Of a stretch of 64,000 bases of DNA, positions 44,351 through 55,385 are shown one piece after another. Below the pieces are notes generated by a model. That model saw only the letters and a program-made list of their open reading frames with translations. It made no database searches and was not told where the DNA came from. The translations under genes and the position numbers were made by a program. This DNA is from Hyaloraphidium curvatum SAG 235-1 (Eukaryota; Fungi; Monoblepharomycota): NCBI GenBank assembly GCA_025558095.1, contig JAIVFI010000035.1, forward strand, positions 487,500 to 551,499, written 5' to 3'. Within the stretch, counting starts at the first letter, position 1; each line of letters starts with the position of its first letter.

Positions 44351-46248
44351 TCAGCTCCCCAACTCGTCGGCCCTGATCGCTGCCGCGAGCGGGAAATGCC
44401 CCCTCGCCCTCGTCGTCGTGTTTTCCCTGCGGATCCGACAATGTAAGCCTCCAGAGCCACGGCCCCGAAACAGCGAGAGACCCACCCGACGGCCCACCCG
44501 TCCTCAAACACCTCCACCACCGCGATCCTGTCGCCCCTGTTGAGCACCATCTCGTCCGTCTGCGAGGGCACGTAGGGCATCACGCAGACCATCTCGGTGC
44601 CCGGCGTGATGCCCTGGCTCGGGGACAACGCGGCGGTGTTGAACGGTATCTCGGACTTGGGCGCCGCCGCGGTGCCGGCGGCCGCGAGGAGGGTCGGCGG
44701 GGTGGCGTAGGCCGTCGCCGCGGTCGGGAGGGCCGAGGCGGTGGTGGTGGGGAAAACGACCGTGGCCGGTGGCGCGGCAACGGGCTTGTCGGCCGAGGAG
44801 ACGGTGACGGGGGCCTTGCTCTCGACGTCCGTGAGGCCGTCGACGGCCACCGGCTTGGCGGGCTTCTTGCGGAGGAAGTACCACGCGAGCCCGGCGGCGA
44901 GGAGCAGCGCGGCGACGCCGCCGATGGCGATCCCGACGATCGCGCCGACCGAGAGGCCCGACGAGGAGGTGCTGTTGGCCACGCAGGTGGTCCCCGAGAG
45001 CGTCGAGTTGGGGTTGCACGTGCAGGCCTGCACCAGACCCGAAGTCGGCGCCGCGTTCTGCACGTCGCAATCTGTCCACGGGGCAGGTCAGCCAGCGGTC
45101 CCGGCCCGCAACCCCGAAAGACACCCACACCGCGCGCTGGCGCTCTCGATCAGGTGCCTGTTTGCGCTTTCCCCCGTCAGGCTGGCCGCCCCGACCCACA
45201 CCCTCCTGTTCTGCTCCCCCAGCGTCGAAGTCTTGAAGATGCTCCCCGTGTCGATCCCGCACTCGAGCAGCGGGATCGCCGGCTCGCTCTCCCCCTCGGA
45301 CCAGTAGTTGACCCGCAGGCGGGACTGCCGCGAGGGGTCGGGCACGTTGTTGGTGCTGCCCGGGGTGAGCAGGCCGGGGCCGAGGAGGGAGATGCGGATG
45401 TTGAGGGGGGTGTCCTTGAAGGGGATGGGGGCGCTCGGGTTCTGCACGCGCTGTGGGGGAAAGTCAGGGAGAGGGAGCGGAATGGGGGAAGGGGGCCCAC
45501 GGAGCAGAGCCGGTTGTCGTACACGTTGTCTTGATCCCTGCACGTGATCGCCGTCAGTGGTCCGCAGCGGCGGCCAGGGGGTCGTACAAACCTGTAGACG
45601 GCGACAAAGTCCGCACTGGGCTCGTTCCAGACTGGAAGTCGTCGGAAGATGAGCAAGAGTGGGGGTTGGCAAAGCGGCAGGAGGCAGGCAGAGTGAACGA
45701 GTGTCGAAACAGGCTCTGCACGCCGACCACGAACCTGGGACGTTCTGGTACGTGTCGAAGTGGATAGTGAAACTCCCCTCCGGCGGAATTGTCCCCCCGT
45801 AGAACATCATGTCGGGCCCGCCGCTCGAGCTCGACCTCCTGCGGCCGGCGGGATCAGCCCCCTCCCCCGGCCCCAAAACCGGGTGGAAGAACCCACGGAG
45901 CGTCCCCCGCGCGGAAGATGAACGCGATGCCGTCGGCGCCCTGCCCCACTGCCCCGAAAATCGGCGTTCAGCGCCGCGGTCCGGACCCCCGCCGCGGCCG
46001 CACCCACCGGTCTCGTCGATGAGCACCGTGAAGTTCGCGTCGAACCCGCCGTACCGGCCGAACGAGGTCATCGGCCACGCGTCGGGGAGGTACGCCGCGC
46101 CGGCGTAGTATTGCGAGTTGGGCGTCAGCTGCACGTTGGCGCCGCCGGTGGCCGAGTTGGTGCCGACCGACGCGTTGCCGAAGAGGAGCGCCGCCCCGCC
46201 CGACGTCGAGCCGGGGAACTGCAGCGCCCGCGGGGGGAAGGTGGACAT
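44351..46248 (-). CDS. L-type (legume) lectin ectodomain - transmembrane helix - SH3 protein
   Basis: Lectin motifs VQLTPNSQYYAGAAY, FDANFTV, GADGIAFIF and IHFDTYQN. TM helix GAIVGIAIGGVAALLLAAGLAWYFLRKK. SH3 PYVPSQTDEMVLNRGDRIAVVEVFEDGWAVG|ENTTTRARGHFP. Confidence 0.8.
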
Positions 46249-47248
46249 CGTGGCGGCGCCGCTCGGGGAGGGGGAGGTGCTGTGGGGAGAGGCCGGGGGC
46301 GGAGACGGCCGCGATTGCCGCAGGCACCGCCACCCGTCGAGGCCGCCCGTCGTCGCGAACCCTGGGCCCACTGCCGCCTAAAAGAGATGGGAGATATCTA
46401 TGGAAGACCTCTTCAAATCCAGAGGTGCAACGGAATCCGCCGCAGGGTTTGGCGGAGGAGGTGGTTGCCCCCGGCCGCGGCTTCTGACGAGGGACAGGGA
46501 TCGCACCGGTCGACAAAAGACCAGTTGGCTCTACTGTGTCACGAGCGAGAAGTAGTTGGGTGAAGAAAAGGTGCTTTGGGGGTCCGTTTCCTACCTCGGT
46601 GGGACATTCCGCGTGGACACTTCCACCGCCGCTTAATAGGCCACAACCACGAGGCGATCCAACCCCGGCACTCACGCACGGCTCGCAGTGTAACTGTGGC
46701 CATCAAGATCGCTCACCAATCGCCGGAACCGACCAGTCGGGGGTTCGCTGCAAGACCGATTGCCATGGCTGGGCGCAACCAGCCACGAGGAACTCCCGCC
46801 CGACCACTCCCACCAACCGGCCCCCTGGGAGCCTGCGCCGGCAGCGCACCGCCTCTAGAGCCCGGGCGCTGTACCCCTGAGGGACCGATGCGGTCGTCCG
46901 TGGCCCGCGGAAGCCCCCGCGCGGGTAGGGGGGGCGATCCGCGACGGTGCCTGGCTGGATTCGCAGGTTCGCAGATACCGCTGCCATGGACGAGGATGGC
47001 GACGAAATGGCTCTGCGGCGGGTTGGAGCTGAAGCCGATGTGGCTGTGCAGGACCGGCCGCGGTCATCGGATCGGGGTGCCTCGGAGCGCGACGGCACGG
47101 GGACCGGGGCCTCGCAAGGACCGCCGGCGAGGTTCCCCTCTCACCCCACCGGACGCAGCCGAGCTTCGCGCCATGATGCCGGCAGGGAATCCGCTACATT
47201 GTGCGGACAGAGCTTGGCTACAGCAAGTCGCGGCAACCCGACCTCCCC

Positions 47249-49307
47249 TCAGCCCCCCGGCCCCCCCTCGAGCTCCACGATGCCCGTCCCCACCAGCTCC
47301 CTCGACACCCTCCCCCCCTCCTCCCCGTCCATCTCGGCCCTGAAACCCCTCGCCAGCGCCGCCAAGTGGCGCCACCCGTACGTCCCCGAGTTCTCCAGCC
47401 CGCGCACGGCGGCCTCGGCGTCCTCCCGCGCCCCGGGGGACCCGCACCGCAAGCGGAGGACGTGGCACCATGCCGGCAGCACGAACTCGTAGCTTGCGGG
47501 GCGGAGCAGGGGGAAGGCGCCGGGGAGGGCGAGGATGGAGCGGATCAGCGCCGAGGTGCACGAGGCGTGGTGTGACGCGTGGGCGAAAGCCGGGGAGAGC
47601 TCCCAACCCTCCGGCGGGGCCACCGCGGGCCCGGGGCACGAGAGGGAGGCGGCGATGGCGTGGTACGCGAACGCGTGGTGCAGGATGGCGCCGGGCTTGC
47701 GGCGCATGGCGAGGGAGAGCTGCACCATGCCCGCGCCGTCGTTGCGGGAGGCCAGCTCGAGGTACTCGGGGATGGCGAGGCGCAGGGTGTCCTCGAGGAT
47801 GTCGAGGAGGTGCGTGCGTTCGGTGGCGAGGGCGCGCTGGCCCGGGGTCAGGGTGGGGGAGGATGGGTCGAGGACGGCGATGTCGGCGATGCCCCCGCGG
47901 CCCTCCTTTGCGATCCTGCGGGCCGGCGTGGCGGTCAAACGACGATCGAACGACGGGCGGTGCGCCAGGACGGACGCACCTCTCGGACAGCTTGGAGATC
48001 TGGTGCCTGATCGCCGACAGCTGCGGCCTCCAAATCAGCGGCCAGCTCGAGCGCACCTTGAGCCCCTCGAGCAGCCTGTGCCTCGCCTCCCTGCTAGGCG
48101 CATCCATCCACCCCAGCACGTCTCCCGCGGTCACGTACGACCGCGGGTACGACGCCGGGCCGCCCAATGCGGTGGGGTCGACCGAGAGGAACTGCTCCAC
48201 CTCGACGGGGAACTCGGCGTGGGCCGAAGGGGACCGCAGTGTCACGTGCTCGCCGGTGAGCATTGCGAGCTGCGTGCCGTTGGGCCAGGCGGTGGTCCAG
48301 TACATGCGCAGGGCGGACTGCCGGGAGATCCAGGAGCGCGGGGTGCGGATGGCGCCGGGGGGAGGGTTGTCGTCGGGGATGCGGAGGAAGTTGAGGACCC
48401 GGGCGACCTGCAGGCGCGATGGAGGTGAGCTTCTGCGACCGGGCGGTGCGCTCGTCAGGGCTACCTCATTGTGGCAGGTCTTTGCCGCCCGGGGCGACCC
48501 GCCGCGCAGGGCACCCAGCGCCGAGTTGGACAGGCAGTGGACCAGTGTCAGGCCCCTGGACTCGAGCAGCTCGTGCCTCGTCTCGGAGCCGTCCTCGGCG
48601 CGGTCCCAAAAGTCGCCGGCGAGCTCCTGCAGCCGCTCCAGCGTGAGGGCCTGCAGCTCGACCCGCGCCGCGCGGGTGAGCTCCGGGTGCACCTCGTACA
48701 GCGAGCCGTACCACACGATGGACGCCAGCAGCGCGGGGTGCAGCGTGCCGGCGAGCAGCTCGATGCGGAACAGGCCCGGGTGCAGCGTGCCGGGGCGCAG
48801 GTTCTCGATGGTGGCGAGGCCGCTGGCCAGGAGCGCGTTGGCGCAGGCATCCGAGAAGGGGAAGCCGCGCAGGTTGTGCGGCGTCAGCGGCGGCGGGGGA
48901 GGGAGGAGCGGGAAGGTCGGGATGGGGCCGGGCTGCCCGTGGGGGAACGGCAGCGGGACGGCCCCGGGCAGCGGGGAGGGCGGGAAGGGCCCCGGCGAGG
49001 CCAGCGGCGCGAGGTCGCCCGAGAGGTGCGTCAGGTGCGGCGAGAACACGCCCTGCGGCAGGCCCGGCGGGGCGGGGAGGGCGAGGAACGGCGGCGGCGC
49101 ATCGGGCAGCCCCGGCGGGGCCCCGTACGGGCCCGGCAGCGCCGCACTCAGCGGCACGAGCAGCAGCGGGGCGGGCGCCGCCTGCGCCTCCTGCTCGGGA
49201 GGTGCCCGCCCCGGCCCGCGCTGTGCGCCGCGGCCGCGCCCCCGCCCGCGCCCCCGCCCGCGGCCGCGGCCCGCCCGGTCGCGCGCCGCCTTGCCGTCGT
49301 CCACCAT
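47249..49307 (-). CDS. Fungal transcription-factor-like protein without a Zn cluster, with an N-terminal (GR)n tract
   Basis: PGTLHPGLF and PRSWISRQSALRMYW resemble the middle region of the neighbouring Zn2Cys6 proteins. N-terminal GRGRGRGRGRGRGRG. Introns near 47900-47980 and 48410-48465. Confidence 0.55.
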
Positions 49308-50484
49308 GGCTGTCCGGCGCCCCGCGGCCGCTGTGACCATCGGCGCTGGCCCCCGTGCGGCTAGTGGCAAGGTGAAAGCAGGGTCCCTCCGCCCGATGGC
49401 GACACAGCGGCCGGGCGGGAACGGCCACCGCACTCGAGCGGCGCCGGGCCGCGGAACTGGCCACGCGCAAATTGCTCGGCAGGAGAAACTCGGCCCGCGG
49501 CGGAAAGCACGGGCTTTGAGCGCAGGGCGTAAACAGAGGATAGCTTTGTCGTCGGCCCAGCCTCACCTTGCCGCCGCCCGCCCGCCGGCGGCCGATCCGA
49601 GCCGCATCCGATTTCCCGGGCGGCGATCGACCCTAAATTGCCCCGATCGGCAGCCGTTCAATTGAATGCATACCGTTCAATCCGCTCTCCGCGGTCGCGC
49701 CGGCATCCGCCCCTGCACCGGCCGCGAGAAAGCCCGGAGCGGGGTCCCGCCGCGCCGCACCGCGCGGCCGCCCCGACATCCTGCCAACCCGGCCCGCGAA
49801 GGATCCGGGGCCCCGCCGGCAAAATGATCCCCGGAAACGCACGGGAAAGGGCCGGTCCCCGACGGGCGTGCACTGGCAAGGGCACGGAGCACGCAGAATC
49901 ACCCGTGCCAGCGGTTGTCGGGGCTTTTCTCCTTCCGCTCGCCCAGGGGTCTGGGTTCGACAGGATTGGCACACGTGCCCGACGGCCATACGCGGGATGC
50001 GTCGGACGATAATATTGTGCACGGTGGCATGCGCCGGACCGGACAAGGAGCTCGACGCCATGGCCAGGAGCCGCAGCTATGGGGCGCCACCGCACGCTCG
50101 TAAGGTTCCCGCTCTGGGCGCGGGCTTCCTTCGCAAGGGTGCAAGCGGGTGCCGTGCACCGGATCGGCCCAGGAAGCTCTTTGCCGCGGAGCTTGTGGTG
50201 CGCACCGACGACAGTGCTGCACCCAGATCCCCAGTCGGAGGAGCAGGCGACCAACGGCGCTGCAAGGAGGCGATCGCAAAGGCCCTCCGCCCGGGCCATG
50301 CTGCAAAGAAACAGATCTGAGGCTTAAGTATCTGAATGCCGGGATCGGATGAGTGCACGACGCGTGGAAGACAGTCCGTGAAGACCACGTTCGGACAGTG
50401 ATGCAGCAGCCGGAACTACTTTTCGCGTTTTCTGCGCGCGCGCAACCGCGTTCTGTACATGCAGCGGAATCCTGCGCGACCTTC

Positions 50485-51088
50485 TCATGTCGGGCACCCG
50501 GCGGCCGTGGGACACGCGTTCGCCCCCCTCGCGTAGACGGGCTCGGTGTAGACGGGCTCGGTGCCCGACGCGGCGGCGAACTTGGCGCAGCCCGAGTACA
50601 GGCTGCAGACCTTGGGGCTCGACGTCGTGTCGTAGGTGAAGTACGCGCAGCCGGCGTTGTCGCGGCACGCCGCGGTGCACGCGTCGAGGTTGGACGGGTC
50701 CTCGTTGGACAGGAAGGTCCCGCAGCAGCCGCTGCCGGTGCCGCATTGGGCGAAGGCGTCGTCGTAGTGCCGGTAGAGATGCACGGTGGAGCGGTACTTG
50801 AGGCAGGCGACGGAGCCGGCAGGGGCGCCCGGATAGGCGAACTCGCTGCGGTCGTGGTGGGGATCAGGCCCCGGCGGGGCAGCGTGGGGGCCGGCTCGCA
50901 CCAAAACTCTTCGGGGCCACAATCGCTGCAGCTGCGTAGAAACACCGCGTGGGCTGCGGAGGGTGCGGCGCTGCGGGCGCGCCGATCAGTCTCCGGCGTC
51001 GGCCATGCGGCGGGGGTTCCCACCTCGCGGAGGTAAGGACGGCGGCCGCGACCGCCGACAGAAGCATATAGAATGCGACAACCTTCAT
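50485..51088 (-). CDS. Small secreted Cys-rich PAN/apple-domain protein
   Basis: Signal peptide MKVVAFYMLLSAVAAAVLTSA. The last exon has the PAN pattern ACTAACRDNAGCAYFTYD..CSLYSGC. Confidence 0.65.
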
Positions 51089-52438
51089 GGTTTTACGGCG
51101 GTGGTGGCGGTGCGAGCTGCGCGAGAGTGCGGGCGGGGGTGTCATTGCGTTGGGTCCTTGGCGGCGAGGAGCGACTCGGATCCCTCAAATCGGTCCCCCG
51201 GGTCGTTCTGGCCCCGTTGATGTTGATGCGCAACAACTCGTGCAAAATGTGGAGGTTTCTTTGTCATCGTAGCGATTCGGCCTGTTGCGATGGGGCTCAA
51301 AGAACGCGACAGCGAGCTAGTCCCTGATGCCGCCAAGCGGCGATCTTTGTGGTGTTCGCGGTATGCCGCCGTGTCCGCTCCGTCGAATTTCGCGGGCGCG
51401 CCCGGCCGTTTGTGGGCGAGGAAGGACGGAATTGGGCGTACTGCAATCTGCCCCTGATTCCGTACCCATGCGCCGCGCAAAAGCCGACGGTCGCGCGGGC
51501 CTTCCACTCCCTCGTCCAGTGACGGAGGTGCTGCTTCGTCGACGGCTCCATCTGCATCCTCGGCTGCGGACAATCAGCTGGACACCGTTAACCCGGGCGT
51601 CTACGGCGGCATCCCGGATCCGCGGAGCCGGCGATGCGGCTCGACGGCAGCCTGCAGCTCAGGCGAGAGCTACCGTTTTGCCACTCACTATTTTCGTTTA
51701 GAACGAAGTCCTCACTTCGGTGCCTTTCAGGCGGTTTGGCTGCCTACTGGCCATTTCTCCTCGTCTGTGGGGAGAAGCGGCCGACGTCCTACCCCGTGCA
51801 GCGGGTCGCCGGGGTCACGGCGCTGCGCCAAACTCTCGAGCGGGCCGTTCCCAAGCGATTCCGGTTCCCAGATATTTCGTACGACGACACTGGGACCGGT
51901 GCGTGGTCCCGATCACTGCAGGGGAAACGTCGGGCGGGGAGGCTGGAGCGCCGGGAGACGGCGATGCTATCCGGCGTCCCTTCCGACGCCTGCGCACCTC
52001 CGCGCAGCAGGACGGCGCGGGCGCTCCGCCGCGCGGGGGTGCCGTGGGAAAGGTATTTCGGAGGTGTTCCGAGGGCAAGAGGAGCGTGCGATGCGAGGCG
52101 CACGCGCACGCCGGGGTTGCTTCCCGCTCGGCCGGCCCCGGACAATCGCAACTCCGCCGCACGATCGGTGGCAAATTCGGCTCGGCGCATGGCCGCCCGG
52201 TCAGTTGCATGGAGAAATGTGGGAGCGCGAGCTCGTTGCTCGCGCTGGGATGGCGGGCCGGACTGTGGCGCTTGGCCAGGCGTCGGGGGGAGGTCCGACT
52301 GAGGACGCTTGGCCGCGCAATGAAGAGGGAAGGCTGGGGAGAAAGCAGGGCCACGCGGCGGATGCCGCAAAATAGGTCACAACGGCCCCGTTTTCGTCCT
52401 CAGTTGGTCCCGGGCGACGTCGGCCAGCCGTTGGGCCA

Positions 52439-54607
52439 ATGTCGAGGCCCGTGGGCGGTCCGCCGCGGCGCCCGCGGCGGGCATGCTCCGAGTGCGCGCG
52501 GCGCAAGCATGCGTGCGTCGGGGGCGTCCCAGGGCCGGGGGAAGGCGGCGGGCCGGCGTCGCTGGCGTGCTCGGGTTGCGAGCTGCGGGGTTCGCTATGC
52601 GAGTTTCCGGCGGTCGTCGCTGGGGCCGCGGTTCCGCGGGCACTGACACCCACCCCGCCCGCCGCCGGCTCGTCGCAGATGCTGGTCTTCCCGGTGCTGA
52701 TTTCGCTGCCGGGGATCTCGCCTTCGCCATTTGGCGGGGAAGTCGAGCCGCCTACGGTCGCGTCCCTTGCCGCTCAGCTAGGGAGCTTGAACGCCGCCGT
52801 CGGCCGAGTGGCCCCGCTTCCGCGGTCGGCCATCGTCGGGGACGTCTCTTCCCCCCTTCTCTGGGCGGCTCTATGGGGAATGGCCGTGGCAGACGGGCTG
52901 CCCGGCGACTCCTCCGTGATCGGCGTACGCGCCCGGGAGCTGCTCCTCGCCGCGCTCGAGCGCACGTGTGCGGAGCTGGCGCCGCACAGCGAAGACGGGG
53001 ATGCTCCTCGCTCGGCTGCCGGGCCTGCAGTCACCGTGCTCCACGCCCTCCTTCTTACGATGCTGGGCGCGGAGCTTGCCGGTTCGCAGCGGGCCATGGT
53101 CGGCCTCGCCTCCCTGGCCGTGCGGTTCGCGCACCTCGCCGCCGTTTCCCTTCGCGGCTGGATCATACGCACCTGCAGCTTCCTGGCGGAGGACAGGACC
53201 CTCGTGGAAGCTGGAGACCCCGATATTGATGCCATGGAGGCTTGGATTGCGAGGCGCGGCTTCTCGGCGATCGGCCCCGCTGCAGAGTCCCTGTGCTATT
53301 CCCTGCCGCGGCCGGCTACGCTGGGATCGCTGCCTTCCGAGGACAGGTCCGACATGGTGCTCCTCTCCAGGTTCGCCGCGTGCTTCTTCTACTGTGGGCG
53401 TCCGTATGAGAGCTGTCTGCCCGTCGGCTGACCACGCCCTTGCGCCCTTGCCCGTACCGCAGGCACCGCCACCGAGATGTGGTCGGCGGAACTGGTCGAC
53501 CCCACTGCCATGTGCACCCGACCCGACGTAGCCCACGTGCCGGTGCCGTTCGACGCCAAGCACCTTGGCGACGGCTCCTTCGACGGCAGGCCCCCGGTCT
53601 ATCTGAATCCTGTCGTCAGCATAGGCTCCTTCTCTACATGGTGCCAACCGGCCACGAATGCCGCAGCACGGAGCTTGATCCTGCGGGCGACCATCACCGA
53701 CGTGGGCCCACTTGACGACCCTCTGCGGGAAGCGCTGACCTCCGAACACCATCCAGGCTTTCCGCGTCGGCACGCACTTCCTCTTCACCGTACATCACGA
53801 CGTTCTCTCCCTCACCGCGGCTCTCCGGGAGCGCGCCCGGGCCGCTGGGTACGGACGGCTGTACCCCGACGCGTGCCTGGCGGACCCGGGCGTGCGGGCC
53901 GAGATGGAGAGGCTGCGCGCCCTGCTGGACGAGGCGTACGCGGCGTTGCCGCCCGAGATGCTGGAGATGGCGGAGCAAGGAAGGGTTGCGGAGCTTCTGG
54001 AGGCCCACCAGACAGGACCCGTGTTTGCCGAGTCTCCGCCGATCGCCGCGTGGATGGTGGGAAGTCTGCTGTCTCACCACCTCGCTCCACGCGCTCATCT
54101 CCTACCGTTTTTCCTTAGATTTTCTACTTCGAGTACCAAGCGACCCTCTTTGCCCCTTCCCCCGACGCCGAACCCCCGCGCGGGTGGCAAGCGCACTGCG
54201 ACGGCATCCGCTCCGGCGCCGCCGCCGTCCTCGCGGCCCGCTTCCTCCGCGGCCTCCTCGACGCCGGCCAAGATCCCAACAGCCGGGACCTCCCCAGATG
54301 GACCCATACCCGGGTGGATCGGGTGGCCAGGGTGCTCGCGCTGCACCGCGCGGCAGCGGCGGCGACGGGGCTGCCGACCGAGGCCCTGTTTGCCGAGGCG
54401 CTAGGGTCGTGCATAGCTTGGTTCGCGCGGGTGGGAGCAGGGGAGAGGGCAGGGGAGTGGGTGCGGAGGCTGGCTGACGGGGGGCTAATCGAGCCCGTGG
54501 GAGAGGGTATGGCGCTTGCGGAACAGGACAAGGCGCTCGCAAGGTTCCGCGGGGCCATGGAGAGCATCGAGGGGGCTCTTGACGTGCTATTGGATTATGG
54601 GCCTTAG
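52439..54607 (+). CDS. Zn2Cys6 transcription factor (divergent, multi-exon)
   Basis: RACSECARRKHACVGGVPGPGEGGGPASLACSGCELRGSLC. Downstream frames 53477, 53892 and 54314 are linked by candidate introns. Confidence 0.7.
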
Positions 54608-54803
54608 GTAGAGGTGCGGAAAATAGGAACGTAGCCAGCCAAACGCGCCCGCGCGCTGTCCTAACCCGGGATCCGACTGGGAGGACGCGGCTCGGGCAAG
54701 AGGCGGCAGCTTGAGATGCGCGAGTCTGACACCGATGGCTGCTTGGCTCCTCCCATGCCGAAGGCAGCGACGATGGAGATGGTTCATTGCGGGCCGCAGC
54801 CGG

Positions 54804-55291
54804 TTACAGGCTCTCGCTCGAATGGCCCGAAAGCTGCGGCTTGACCTCCCCCACCGGCACGCACGGCACCCACGCCCACCTCCCCCCTTCTTTCCCCGCA
54901 TCGCGCGTCCGGTGTCCCTTTCCCGTCGTGTCCGTGACCCACAGAACGTCCCCGGGGCCGAAGACGCGCGCTTCGTTGCCTTTCGAGCAGGTGAACTCGT
55001 GCCGCCCGGACAGGATCACGGCGTAGTGCGGCACGGGAGCGGTGTGGAAGTCAAAGTCGTAGCCCGCCACGGTGTTGATGAACACTGGTCGTCGCACGCG
55101 TCGCAGGGCGGAAGGAAGAAGTCAGACGACCGTCGTTCGGCGGGGAGACAGATCCCACCCATCCCCGCGGCGGGCTGCATCGCGCTCATGTTGCCGACCC
55201 GGGACGAGCCGGGCGTCGCGACCTCGGCCTCGACAAAGGCGGACTCGCCGTCGGGCAGCGCGACGAGCTTCGTCAGGTGGAACGTCGACAT
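54804..55291 (-). CDS. Cupin-fold protein
   Basis: MSTFHLTKLVALPDGESAFVE..|..DFHTAPVPHYAVILSGRHEF..RVFGPGDVLWVTDTTGKGHRTR. One intron at about 55104-55160. Confidence 0.8.
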
Positions 55292-55385
55292 CTCGCGAGC
55301 AGGACTTCGTCGCGGGGCTCGGCCAATCCCTTTGCTCGCCATCGGGGTCCTTGCTTCGGACTCGTCTGCGACCGATTCGCCAGCG

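Noticed and set aside
54711-55385. 5' extension of the 976-aa ORF
   Set aside because: It is antisense to the motif-supported cupin gene and begins at a TTG; treated as a shadow frame.
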